A DNA stretch of 63,355 nucleotides, counting the filler, from Cercozoa sp. M6MM (taxonomy: Eukaryota; Protista; Endomyxa: Ascetosporea), in the NCBI GenBank assembly GCA_040357565.1. It is 12 parts of 12 records of this genome, joined end to end, with 100 filler letters (N's around TTAATTAATTAA, not from the genome) between each part and the next. Parts side by side here need not be neighbours in the genome. Positions count along the whole stretch, not along the records: positions 1 to 3,603 come from JBDODJ010001385.1; positions 3,704 to 10,452 come from JBDODJ010000698.1; positions 10,553 to 14,764 come from JBDODJ010001198.1; 9 more parts are not named here. One strand, given 5' to 3'. How positions within the stretch are numbered: position 1 is the stretch's first letter; every line of letters begins with the position of its first letter. Of this stretch, positions 1-12,203 are shown piece by piece. The translations under genes and the position numbers were made by a program. Under the pieces are notes generated by a model. That model saw only the letters and a program-made list of their open reading frames with translations, had not been told where the DNA came from and did not search any database.

Positions 1-50
<50 letters not shown>

Positions 51-79
51 GTAAGCAAGCCTCTTGTGTGTCTGTGCAG

Positions 80-765
80 GTGGGCGGCTTTGCACCCGAG
101 TGCTGCATCATCATTCTGATCTACATCAACCGGTTCTGCACCTTCACGACCTTTGCGTTGTCGCGCTACACGTGGCGGCCGCTCACGGTGACGGCGCTGA
201 TGTGCGCGCAGAAGGTCTGGGACGACCAGTGCCTGCGCAACAAGGACTTCAACCAGCTCTACGAGCTCATCCCGGTCTCGCAGCTCAACCGTCTGGAGGC
301 ACGTTTCCTCGAACTCGTGCAGTACAAGGTGTGTCCTCCCCCCTAAGCTTTTGGCGACTACACTCAGCTTTTTTCTGTTTGTGTCTAGGTGCACGTGAAG
401 CCGGCGCTGTACACGCGCTACTACTTTGAACTGCGCTCGCTGGTCGAGCAGCATACGCGCAAGATTGTGTACCCTATCCCCTCTCCTTCCACCCATGTGC
501 TGTTACCTTGACTCGACCTACCGTCACTCGCTTATGTCCTATAGCTACATGCGACCGCTGACGAAGGAGATGCAGCGCAAGCTTGAACAGCGCAGTTGCA
601 CGCTGTACCGCGAGGTAACTCGCGTGAAAACTTGCAAGCATAGAAGAAGCATGGCACTTTTTTGAACAGGCGGCATCGCGCGATAAGGCGAACTCACAGC
701 CGCAGCACGTGCGTGACGACATGGCCACCACACCTGTACAGAGCTCGCCCTACATCCTGTCGTAA
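80..765 (+). CDS. CCNY: Cyclin Y-like protein, 5'-truncated by the window edge, 4 visible exons
   Basis: The spliced product ECCIIILIYINRF...AQKVWDDQCLRNKDF...LNRLEARFLELVQYK|VHVKPALYTRYYFELRSL...SPYILS* matches the cyclin Y box (KVWDD, YYFxLRSL). Introns are GT-AG. Confidence 0.85.
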
Positions 766-1092
766 TTGGCCCGAAACACGCGAGCACGCCTCGTCTCCCG
801 CATTTTTTTGCGCTTGTTCCGTCCGAGCCCGCAGCGATTGAACAAATCCCATGAACATACGCCCGGACAGCCCTGACGCCGCCCACTGCAGCTCTGTGAG
901 CTGATGTGACCCGCGTCGGACTCCATGATACCAATAACCCGCACTCAGCTGCGCTGCAAGTGAAGGAAATTCCTTGTCGTTTTTCGTTTTATGATGCGAT
1001 TATTGAATTGTAAAATTAAACTGGCAGTGAAGTAACCGAACGTCAGGAAAAAACGAACGCGACGAAAGTACGTTGCCCTAGTCTGACTCGGC

Positions 1093-2143
1093 CTACTCAG
1101 CTTGCCGATGCAGGCGGATCTCGTCCGGCAAAGGCGTGATGCGGAGCTGCTCGCGCAAAGCGTCGATGTCCTCGCCAAGTCGCTGCTCGAACGGGACCGA
1201 CAGGAGGCACTCGCACTCGCGTGCTGTTCTCTCGGCCTGCAGCAGTCAGTGCCATGCTGTAACCTGAGCTGAGGACTGAAGTGTACCCATGGGATGGCCT
1301 GCTCGTTGAGGAGTCTCCTTTCGGTGGCCGTGAGTCGCACGGGACCCACAGTGGCGGCAATGGCCGTCATTGGCAGACCCTAGCAAGGCGACAGGCAACT
1401 TGGAGAGAGTGCTCGAGTTTAAAGGTGAGGGATATACCGTGTGCTGCCACTCGAAGTGCTTCTGTGCCAGCTCGCCAAGCACACTGGGCGGTGCGTCAAA
1501 CAACACATGCCAGATGTCGTGCACTTCTCGGTACCTCGCCTACAGTGCTGGTGTATCTCGTCTATCTCCCTTGTGACACAAAAACAGACACAGATAGAGA
1601 AACACCATGACATAGGCGAGATCTGCATCGGCAATGAATCGCACTGGCGTGCGCGTGTCCAAACTGAGACCTTCAGTCTCAAAAAACTCCACAAACCGTC
1701 TACCGAGCGAGTTCTCCGGCAGGTGCCGCATCGACTCCAAGTCCAGCGTGCGCGTGTTGATTCGCGGCTTGTCCCGCAGTAGCTTTCGTCCGTCCGCAGT
1801 GGCGGCCATTCGATCGCGCAGTGTCTGCTCTCTTAGATACTTGATCCACTGGGCAATTTGAGATCTCAAAAACACCTGCAACTGACACTCGCCCGTGGTC
1901 TCGCCGAGCGCGGCGATCATGTCACCGCGCCACGTGTTCATGAGACCAACAGCGGCGGCTCCTGCCGTCAAAAACACACGCTGCATTGGCGAAAGCACAA
2001 CTTCGCATTCCGGATTTGTCGCTACAGTGCAGAGTACGTAGGCACAACATAATATTTATTGCCTTTTCGCAAAGCGATCAGTCATAGAAAATACCGACAG
2101 AAAACCGCGCTTGATGCGCTAAACGGCGCACTAGTGGTGGCAT
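1093..2143 (-). CDS. COQ4: Ubiquinone biosynthesis protein COQ4, 6 exons
   Basis: Spliced product MPPLVRRLAHQARFSV|ATN...RGDMIAALGETTG...LLRDKPRIN...LAYVM|ARYREVHDIWHVL...GELAQKHFEWQHT|GLPM. It carries the COQ4 HDxxH(x)11E motif and an Arg-rich presequence. Confidence 0.92.
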
Positions 2144-2371
2144 CACTCCTGTGCACACTTTAACTTGTTTGTACTGTACACTGTAAGGATCGGGGCACTT
2201 TATCGGATCATCCGGTCCAATTACTGCGCAAACAGCACCTTTTGAGCCGTACCCGACGACGCAGGACGCATCGTCGTCAAAAACTCGCGCGCTGCAGGCG
2301 GCCTAGCGGTGCGTACAGAGGCGTAGTAGTGGTGGCACACACCGTGGCTTCGGTTTTTAGCGTGTTAAAAG

Positions 2372-2721
2372 ATGGTGCGATACTCTCAAACAAGTGCCAT
2401 TGTCATCTCTGACGTATCTGATGGGGCCAGTGGCTATGATCTGATGTCTGGGCTGTGCAGACTGAGCGCATGCAGATGCAGAACGAAGTGGAACTGTCGC
2501 CGTTTACGGAGCAGGTAATGCCCTGTCACACCGAGACTGTGGTTCCTAATGTGTCGACTGTAGTACCACTGGAACGGTTGGGGTTTCCGCGACACGTCGC
2601 TCACGTTCGACAAGAACGGCGATGTCACCGTTGAGGGCACGCGCTACCCGTTCAGCGGCGAGTGCTTTCCGAACTTCCGTCCCTTCATCGAGGAGGTACC
2701 CCACGCTCCACTCTAGCCAGA

Positions 2722-2755
<34 letters not shown>

Positions 2756-3603
2756 CTATCTATATATCAATGTATACAACAAATACAGGAAGTCAAGGTG
2801 AACGTGATGGACGAGTCGCCGTCGCAGGTAGCTTTACCCCTCTCGCCCCCTAACCCCTTTTCCCTCTTTACCCCCTTAACAGACACACGCCGAGGCCTGT
2901 GCCACCGTGCCGCCGCCGGTGTTGAACGAAGCCTTCCTGCGCGCTATCGATGGTCATTACCGCATGTGTTCCTTCAGGTTTTGCCCTCTTTACCCCCTGA
3001 CCCGTTATCCCCTGCCCTTTTACCCCCTTATCCCCCCTCCCCACCCCCTATATATCCTTTTGTGCAGCAACGCGGAGCGTCTGCATCATGCGCACGGTCA
3101 CACGGCACAGGAGATCTACGAGCTGCGTTTCGGTAGCTGCTGTTAGCTTTACCCCCTCCTTCCGTTACCCGCTTCCCCTCAGGTAAGTTTGAGCGCGTGC
3201 CGGACCTGGTGGTGTGGCCGCGCAGTCACGACGACGTGGAGCGCTTGGTGCAGGCGGCGCATGAGTTCGACGTGGTGCTGGTGCCGTACGGCGGCGGCAC
3301 GTCGGTCACGCACGCCATCGAGTGTCCGCGCGGAGAGACGCGCATGATCGTGTCGCTGGACATGCATGCCATGAACCGCGTGCTGTGGGTCAGTCGGCAG
3401 AACCTCACGGCGTGCATCGAGGCCGGTGCCGTCGGCAAGGACATTGAGCGCAAGCTGCGAGCCATGGGTCTCACCATGGGCCACGAGCCCGACTCCTCCG
3501 AGGTGCCTACCTCCACCCCTACTCCCTCTTTTCTCTTACCCCCCCCCCCCCCGACAGTTGAGCACAATGGGCGGCTGGGTGGCCACGCGTGCCTCTGGCA
3601 TGA
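2372..3603 (+). CDS. AGPS: Alkyl-dihydroxyacetone-phosphate synthase, 3'-truncated at contig end
   Basis: Exons give [11 protein letters not shown]...[13 protein letters not shown]|[13 protein letters not shown]...PYGGGTSV...GHEPDSSE|[15 protein letters not shown], the AGPS FAD-binding motifs. The start (ATG directly followed by an intron) is tentative. Confidence 0.92.
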
Positions 3604-3703
3604 NNNNNNNNNNNNNNNNNNNNNNNNNNNNNNNNNNNNNNNNNNNNTTAATTAATTAANNNNNNNNNNNNNNNNNNNNNNNNNNNNNNNNNNNNNNNNN
3701 NNN
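3604..3703. other. Artificial contig-joining linker (N-TTAATTAATTAA-N). Further copies near 10453, 14765, 20243, 25057, 31964, 34585, 40502, 44132, 58066 and 59812
   Basis: The same ~100-nt spacer, with stops in all six frames, recurs 11 times. Genes are truncated at these points. Confidence 0.95.
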
Positions 3704-3749
3704 TGTGTGTGTGGGGGGGGGGGGGCAGGTAATAACAGGAGGGGGGTAA

Positions 3750-5622
3750 GACTACCAAGAAGGGCGTGCGACAAGGCGAAACGCCGCAGATGCCGCAGCT
3801 TGAGACACCGAGCGACACTGTCGTTGGCGCTTCCTTCTACCCACAGGGGGTAGAGGGTACAGGGTAGGTAGGGGGTAAGAGGGTGGGGGGTAGGGGGTAA
3901 AAGGGTAGGGTAAAAGGGCAGGGGGGTAAAGCGGGGTACCTCACGACCGCGCGAGTAGCCAAAGCACCAGCGCAGGAAGCGGCGCAGTTTGGCGAAATTG
4001 ATGAGAGGCATCACGTGCAGCAAGAAGTCGCTCATGCCACTCCACACCAACTGCTGGTTCATGAACTCGAAGCTCACCTGTCGCACCACACACACACGTG
4101 CCAAGTGACCCCACACGTGCCAAGTGACACGTGCCAAGTGGGCCACGTGCCAAATGGGCCCACAGCCTGACACGTGCCAAGTGGACACTAAGGATACCAC
4201 ACGCGACACGTCACGCCGCGCGTACACCAGTCGCATTCGCAGCACGCGGTCCAGCAGAGAGCGGTACCTGAATCAGGGGGGGTAAAGAGGGGGGTAAAGA
4301 GGGGAGTAAAGAGGGGGGTAAAGAAGGGGTAAAGAGGGGGGTAAAACAACAACGTATGCGTCTACCTGCCAGTGCGCAAGAAGACGACGAGATTAACGAC
4401 GCTGCAGACGCGGTACAGTTTCTCCAGTGCCTACTCTTACGCCCAGTCTTACCCCAGTCTTACCCCCTTACCCCCACCCCCGCTACCCCCTCCTTTACCC
4501 CCTACCTGCATGAGGGCGTAGGTGCGAAACTGCAGCGACGACTCCGCACGGTCCATCCACGCGTTCTGTCCAAGACATACCAGGTACACAGGGAGGACAG
4601 GGATAAACAACGCACCTCGGTGGCAGTGCGTGACATACGTAGCCAGAGCCATCTACAGGGTACATGGGGGTAAACAGAGGGTAAACGGGGGGGGGGGTAA
4701 ACAGGGGGGTAAGTCTACCGAAACAGCACGGTGGCAGCACCGTGGCCCAGTCGCTGCCACCAACGCATCATGTGGTCGCTCTTGCCTTTCACTGCACGTG
4801 GGGATAAGGGGGCAAGGGGCGGTAGATAGGGTGGAGTTAGGGGGTATAAAGGGGGGGTAAAACAGCCTCACTTGGAACATTATTGCAGTAGCGGAGGTTT
4901 TGCATCGCGTTTCCCGGCGATGGTCGGTTCTCTCGAATCTGCAAACATAATAGGGTCATGGTACACCTTCCACGCGGAAGAAAAAGGTGGCTCGGTTACT
5001 CACCGAGAAGAGCCACAGCAACAAATACAACAGCGACTCGAGTTCCGGCGCAAACCGATCAGCTGCTGCCTGTGCGCGGGGGAGGATAAAGGGGGAAGAG
5101 AATTTAGGGGATAGAACGAAGGGGAAGAAAAAGGGGAAGAAAAGGGGAAGAAAAAGGGGAAGAAAAAGGATAGAGGGTAAAGGGGTAGAATATAAAATAG
5201 GTAGAATATAAAAGGGGTAGAATATAAGGGGCTAAGAGGGGGTGAGAACTCTACCGAAGGCAGATACGCAGCACTGCGCTGCAGTGATTCGCGCAGCATG
5301 TTCAATAACTCCTGCAGACACATCCAACAGAGTTTTACCCCCCCCCCCAACCGCCCCTCGCTTGAACTCTTCCCTTGACACTTGCTATACACGCTCCCTA
5401 AGGAGTACCTGATCGAGCTGCACGGCGTCCAGTTGCGCCACGCGCATGATGTTCTCTGGCTTGCTCTGTACACCCCAACATCCACTTAAATAAAACACAC
5501 ACATAGACCAACTACATGTGTACCCGCCGCGGTCGTCGAGAAGACAAGAAACGCGCGGCCTCTTCGGCCGTGCGCGCCACATCCGCGGCTGATGGTACTT
5601 CCGCGCTGAGGGCATCACTCAT
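3750..5622 (-). CDS. PEX2: Peroxin-2 (RING peroxin), 3'-truncated
   Basis: Exons ENIMRVAQLDAVQLDQ and QVSFEFMNQQLVWSGMSDFLLHVMPLIN, plus the start of the RING finger CGICGVSPCRTPF. Confidence 0.88.
4090..4188. repeat. Intronic minisatellite, about 5 copies of CACGTGCCAAGTG, inside PEX2
   Basis: Read directly: cacgtgccaagtg four times plus one cacgtgccaaatg. Confidence 0.85.
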
Positions 5623-5841
5623 CTGACTGACCTGCAACGAAATGGCAATCCGAGACGCCTAACTCGGACTAGAAAACAGGCACACACGCGTGCTTAGGTC
5701 AATCGCTCAGATCGTGTGCCACGATAGCGAATCCAAGTTAACGGTGCGAGTATATCGCCATACGACTTTTCTTGAAGCGATTTTAGTAAAACAATCTGTG
5801 CATACACGTGTGAACAGCTAGGAAATTACTAGGACGAGACA

Positions 5842-6196
5842 ATGCAGGAGTTTTTCGTGTAATATTCATGTTTTTCGTTTTTCTGACTCCTCCGACTCCG
5901 GATTGATTCTCAGTGCCATGACGTGCGGAGGCTGCAGCGGCGCCGTCACGCGGATTCTGTCGCGTGTGGAGGGCGTGGATGAGGTGCAGTGTGACATTGA
6001 GAAGAAGCAAGTGCTGGTCAGCGGCGAGTTTGACGTGCAGGTCGCGCTCGCGAAGCTCTTGGTTAGTTCTGTCCCGCCTCATGATTCTCTGGCTTGCGTT
6101 GAATTGGATCACAGCTTTATCTCTTTGTGCTTTCGGCAGAAATGGGCGCAGGCCAGCGGCAAGGAGGTGCGCTATGTTGGTCCCGTGCAAGCATAA
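5842..6196 (+). CDS. ATX1: Copper chaperone (HMA domain), 3 exons
   Basis: MQEFFV|AMTCGGCSGAVTRILSRVEGV...LL|KWAQASGKEV; MxCxxC metal-binding motif. Confidence 0.9.
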
Positions 6197-6638
6197 TGTT
6201 ACTGACGGTTGTCAGTGAAAAGAATAAGAAGTAACGTAAGTCGTCAATGAGACGTAGCAAGGGATCAAATGATTCTGTTTTTAGAAACGAAGTGAAAAAT
6301 TACAGCAGCTTTATAGGCAGGAGCACTGCAAACTCTTAACTCGTTTTTCTCTTTAGCTTCATGATTGTTTTGAGTGGACGGACGACGACTTGCGACGCCT
6401 ATTTACTGTAGCCCGCTACCTACACCGACCATGAAGCTTCGGTGTCTGGGGCGTCAGAAGGGGAAAAAGCCGTCTCTCATTTGTGACTTTCCCAGGCCAA
6501 TACAGCGCGCATTTTTATAGATTCTGGTTTTGCCTCGAAAAACCCGCCATCCAGACCGGACTAACTAGGCGAAGCGAAAAACGAAAGAAACAAAATAATA
6601 ATCACTGCGGCTGGCCAACCCGCCGAGTGGAGTGTCTA

Positions 6639-7916
6639 CTACTCTGGCTGCTCCTGAATAATTGTGTCGGTCTCAGGGTCCTGCTCCAGCAACGGGAACG
6701 GCGATGGCGGCACACGGTCCAGGATGTGATCGATGCGAGCCTGCAAGCCAGACGCAACAGGAGTTAAAGAACACGTAGATGGTAAAAGTGCAGGCCAGTC
6801 GAGCTACCTGCGCAGGGTTGGCGAGCGCCCGCGCCAGCCACTGTTCGCGCGCGAGGAGCGCCTCGTAGTGCTCGCACCGGAAGGACGCCTTGCGCAACAG
6901 TTTCTCGAGTCGCTTCTGCTTGATCACATCGTGCCAGCCGTCATAGCTCCACCTGACAGCACACATCAAGGATTCCACAACACTGGGAAGGAGACGGGAA
7001 GGGGGACCAAATAGCAGACAACGTACTCGGCATTGTTGCGCAGGAAGTAAGACAGGCCGATCCACGAGGTGCACATTGTCAGCAGGTACGTCACCGGTTC
7101 CATGATGTCCCAGGAGAGTTCCCACCTGCGAATAACATGTGCGTCTCTCTATGATGGTTTGCAACGGCTGCTGACCAGGTGAGCCGGATGATGGCGGCCG
7201 ACTGCAGCGTAAAGTATGCGAAGGCAGCGCGCAGCGTGGTCGTGGCGCGTCCGTGCGCACGCTGCTCCAATTGCGAGTACTGTTCGCGCAGCTTCTCCAA
7301 CTCCTACACCCAGGGGTGGTACATACAACATACGGGAAGACTCTACAGAGGGCGCTACAGGGGCGATCCGTTGCTGCTCAGAAATCAAAGACTGCACGAA
7401 CTCGTCTTTCTCGTTGCCTCCCTGTACCGACATATCTTGAGAAGATATGCAACCATCCTTTGGGCACCCAAGACAGACACACCTGGACATTGAGCACGGC
7501 ACGCATGGCCTCAGCCACGGCACCCGGTCGCAGCACAACCTGTGCCGCCTGACCGTGCGACTCGGGCACGTGCACAACCAAACCAGAGTCGTGCAGCGTC
7601 TGCGCAAGACAGCAAGGATACCTTCCACGCGGACATACCCTACTAAGGTACCTGCAGGAGCTGCTGCGGCTCCGAGACACCAGCACGGACAGCGATCTCG
7701 TCAAAACGCGAGGCTGCCACGTTGACATCGCCCAGTTCTCGCAGCGACTCGTAGGCGTCCCTGTGGGCCTGATCAATACCAATGAAAAGAACTGACCACT
7801 TGACTGGGGGGGGGGGGGGGGCTTACCTGTGTGGCCAGAACTCGCTCAGCAATGTCGGCCTGGGTCGCAAACGTGCGGCGGCACGCACGTCTGCTCAGAG
7901 CGAAGACGCGCTGCAT
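6639..7916 (-). CDS. MCU: Mitochondrial calcium uniporter pore subunit
   Basis: Presequence MQRVFALSRRACRRTFA, then TM1 RAAFAYFTLQSAAIIRLT followed by WELSWDIMEPVTYLL (DIME selectivity filter). Confidence 0.93.
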
Positions 7917-8301
7917 CGACGGGCTTACTGCATCAAGAAACAACAAGATTTTTCGGTATTTTCGGGCGGAGCCGAAACAGTTGAAAACACAAGTTTCAAC
8001 AGAGTCAGCACTGTCACGCCAGATATGTTGTTCCAGTCACCTGTGTGAGACTATGGTAACGCTGTGTGGTGTTCTGCACCAATCTTCGTGAGAGCACGTG
8101 AATTCGACGAGTGCTGCCCGATCTTCTCTCCGGGCTCACGCTCCAAGTGAGTTGTGATCGCCAGTCGGGCGCCACGTGCACAGTTTCTCAAGAGCACACG
8201 AGGCAGCAGTGTGTACAGTACTGTACAGGTGTGCTGTGCTGTACTATAGTAGTTCTGGTGCTTTCAATTTGAGCGTTAGCCAGGCCTTGACAAAAACAGC
8301 C
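7917..8301. promoter_or_regulatory. Putative bidirectional promoter between MCU and MICU1
   Basis: 385 nt between divergent ATGs on one contig. Promoter function is inferred. Confidence 0.55.
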
Positions 8302-9841
8302 ATGAATGGCAAGGCGTTTGCTGCCGCGTTCGGTGTCGTCGTAGCTGCCCAAGTGCGAGGATGGACGGTCCCCGTGGTACTCTGTCGAAGAACTGTCTTC
8401 AATATAGAGTGCAGATGAGTTTTCGATATAGGAGCGCGCGGAGTCGCGACTCGTGCACGCACAGGAGCCGAGTGTGTTCGAGCGAATGCAGCACAACTAC
8501 AACAACCGTATCCGCGACTGGTCGACACCGGAGAAGATCTTCGACACGTTCTCCTCGGTGCGCGACTCGCACGGCAAGGGCAGCTTCATGACGCTGGCGG
8601 ACTTTTGCAACGCCATTCTTCCCGCCGACTGGCGCGATGCCGAGATCGCTCAGAAGGTGGCGTGCTTTTTTTGTTCTTATTTTCGCTTTTTGTGGAAATA
8701 AAACCAAGTGCGTGTGAAACAGGCCGCTCCGAGTGAAACACTCTCGAGAGACAGCGTGCTGCGCTCGTGTGCCGACGCGGATGGCGACGGACTCATCAGT
8801 TTCGGCGAGTTTGTGTTTTTTTGGACTCTGGCCGGCGTGCCGGAGCGTGACTTTGACGTGGCACTCAAAATGTTCGATGTCGACGGCGACGGCAGCATTT
8901 CGCTCGCTGAGTGTGTTGCCTTGTTGTTAAAGGGGTGTTTGTGTCTGTTTAAGGGGGTGCTGTTTATGGGCGCAGTTTATGCGTGCAGTTCATGCGTGCA
9001 GTTTATGGGTGTGTTTCTGGGTGTGTGTAGGTTCGAGGTGATGATTGAAGAGCTACGCAAGCCGTCACTGTCGGCGTTCAGTTTCGCGGAGACCTTCGCC
9101 GACACGAGTCTGTGCCGCGACCTGTTCGGCGACGAGGGCATCGTGTCGATCGGCGTGCTGAAGCAGCTGCTGCATGAGCTGCGACGCGAGATTCGACTGC
9201 TCGAGTTCGCGCGCTTCGACGTCAACGGCGACGGCACGCTGAGTGCCGAGGAGTTCGCGCTTGCTGTCATCTCCTACGCCACTCGTGGTAGCGTTTATGC
9301 CACCCTTCACCCTACCCTACCCCTACCCACCCTTACCCTGCACCTACCCTACCCCCACCCACCCTTACCCTGCACCTACCCTACCTCCTCCAGATGCCGA
9401 ACGATTGCTGAGTCGACTGCGCCTGGTGCTACAGGAGCATGGTGCCACCTGGCGCACACAGAGTGTCTCGCTGGCCGAATTCGAGGCCTTCAACCGCGCC
9501 GTCGAACACATCGACGAGGCCACGCGCGTGCTGAGGTAGACCGGCCTACTTGCATACTCCTTAACCTTCCTGCACCTACCCTCACCCGCAGGCACTACTC
9601 GGCATCGCACGACCAGAGCATCCAACGCAGCGACCTGCGACGCGCCTTCGAAGCCGTGTGTGGCGTCGCTCTGTCGGACACGGTGATCGAGGTGCTGTTC
9701 CGCGTCTTTGACGCCGACGCCGACGGACACCTCTCGCTCGACGAGCTCTCCGTGCTGCTGCGCAAGCGCAAGCGCAACGCACAGGGCCGCTCGCGCAAGC
9801 CGCACTTTGGACGCGCCTGGAACTGCATCCGAGGATGGTAA
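8302..9841 (+). CDS. MICU1: Mitochondrial calcium uptake protein (EF-hand gatekeeper of MCU)
   Basis: YNNRIRDWSTPEKIFDTFS resembles the MICU1 YENRIRxYSTPDKIF motif, followed by FMTLADF. EF-hands DADGDGLISFGE, DVDGDGSISLAE, DVNGDGTLSAEE and DADADGHLSLDE. Confidence 0.9.
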
Positions 9842-10125
9842 ACCGGCCTCTTATTTCTTTCTCTGTCTTCCATTTTTGCTGTAGTTTTCGCAGTCACATC
9901 ACCTTTGGCGACGACTCGGCCGAGTGAGTCGTCTAGATTTGCCAAGTGTTAGATTTAGCTATTTTAGACCTGTGAAAGTACACATCGAAAGGAATAAAAC
10001 GACTCTGCAAGCGCAGAGTTTGTTTGACGGGTTTAAAGGTGCGCCTTACGGGTTGCACGATCAGCTAGGATCGGCAGTTTAATTGTGCAGGAAGTGTACA
10101 AGCGTGCTCTTACCAAATAGATAGT

Positions 10126-10338
10126 ATGCTAAAGGATGAGCTGCTTTTACATGCCGACGTGGACGGGAGTGACATTCTCGATGAGGTTGGTCATGCTTGG
10201 TGGCAATGTACCTGTGTGGTCCCCTTAATCACCGACCTGTTTCCTGTACAGATTGTAAAACGATCGACGTCGGAAACTGGTGCTGTGAACGCCGACAAGG
10301 ACGCCCGGGAGATTGAGAAGGCGCTAAGCAAGCTGCAG
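10126..10338 (+). CDS. Hypothetical protein, first two exons, truncated at contig end
   Basis: MLKDELLLHADVDGSDILDE|IVKRST...ALSKLQ| with a GT-AG intron. No family recognised. Confidence 0.45.
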
Positions 10339-10552
10339 GTGTGTGTGTGGGGGGGGGGGTAACGTGTGGGGGGGGGGGGAAATGGGGGGGGGGGGGGGGG
10401 TAGGGGGGGGGGGGAGCGGGGGGGGGGGCGGGGGCGGGGCGTGCCGTGGTTGNNNNNNNNNNNNNNNNNNNNNNNNNNNNNNNNNNNNNNNNNNNNTTAA
10501 TTAATTAANNNNNNNNNNNNNNNNNNNNNNNNNNNNNNNNNNNNNNNNNNNN

Positions 10553-10601
<49 letters not shown>

Positions 10602-10686
10602 ACAGACACACACAGACACACAGACACACAGACACACAGACACACAGACACACACAGACACACACACACACAGCAGACAACAACTG

Positions 10687-11629
10687 TACCAGGGGCACGA
10701 CAAAGTCGGCAAGCGAGCCCGGAGCGGCGGCGTAGTCGGCGGGACGTCCCACGCGCAATGGTCGGCCTCCCAGCGTCACACCCTCCTGTACGAGGATGCA
10801 TCAGAGTCAGAGAAACCAAGAAAACGAAAAATCGAGGCACAAGAAGCTGAAGTGATGTGTCGGTGTCTTTGACGCTACGCAACTCAACGAAGCAGAAACT
10901 GAACACACAGCACGTGACACTTCCTGCAACAACCACAGGGAGCACAGATACCTGCCCTCGGAATTGATCCACACAGACAGCACTGGGTGCGGCGTCACAA
11001 TCTGCACATAAAAAACACGCGAACATCATAGTCTGACATAGTAACATTCAGAAACAGCAGAGCGTACACCAAGTTCACCGAGCGCGTCCGTGAAGAAGCG
11101 CTGCAGACCGGCAGGCGTCAGACGCATCGAGATCGGCAGGTTGCCAACGAAGAGACGGCGTGCCGCGCGGGTTCGTTCGACGTTAACGTTGCCTGGCGCC
11201 AAGATCGCCATTGGATCCACCGGCTTGCCTGCACAGGCACATGCAAAAGAACGATTAGATCACGAGACGTTGTATGCACACAAAACAGCAAGCCAGCAGC
11301 ACCAGTAGAATCGGTCACATTCGCCAGCTGCTGCGGCGGCTTGGTCGCAACTGCAGGCGCGTTCGAGGTCACAGCAGTGGCCTGCTTCGAAGGGTGTAAA
11401 AGGCATAGTAAACGACGAACTTGTTCGCGCAAGTACCGGCGGCGAGCGCTCGGCGGAACGAGAACGCGTGCGGTGACGACGCCGACGGGAACGCGATCGG
11501 GAACGCGAGCGAGAACGCTATTATTGGCACACTGAATCATAGGTACACATCCGTTTTAGAATAAAATACATCATAACGTCTGCGATGGCGCGAACGCGAA
11601 CGTGAACGCGAACGCGAGTATCGACTCAT
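10687..11629 (-). CDS. U2AF2: U2AF large subunit (RS domain plus RRM1), 3'-truncated
   Basis: N-terminal RS repeats MSRYSRSRSRSRSR, then TRAARRLFVGNLP, FCFVELRS and GVTLGGRPLRVGRPADY. Confidence 0.88.
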
Positions 11630-12203
11630 ACTGCCTCTGCAAACAACACACAAAGCACTGGATGACACAGAAGTACACCGCACTAGTGCCAAATACCGCT
11701 GGGTACCGGAACTCTACCGATTTAGCACACGGAAGAACACCACTACAAGTGCTGTAAGACTGGTCGATATTAAAAAGATATTATTATTATTTTGTATGGT
11801 ATACTTTTTGTGTTCAATCGTTGTCGCTCGGCGCCGATGGTGTGCGTTGACGTGCTGGGAAAACAGGTGATTTTGGCATTTACTCACAGGAGTTTATTTT
11901 ATTAACGTTTTGAACTCAGCCGTCCGGAGTATTGATTTCCTTTGCAAGAACACTGAATTACACATGAAAAACGCCGGCGCTAGCCGTCGCTCTCAATGCA
12001 GTCCGTCACTTATGCGTCATGTAGTGAGTCGGGTTTGTCGCCATTTCTGTAGGGCTTGTTTATTGTACTGTCTATCAAGGTTTGCGAAAAACTCCGTCTG
12101 TCTTCGATTTGTTTGACCTGCGACTTCGACAGTGTTTCCTCTGTTTCCCAAAACAGTGGGTTGTGCTATCTGTAATTATCTTGGGACTTTACCAAACTCG
12201 AAG

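Noticed and set aside
2372-5622. Apparent peroxisomal cluster AGPS + PEX2
   Set aside because: The genes are separated by an artificial contig linker, so the adjacency is not evidence of linkage.
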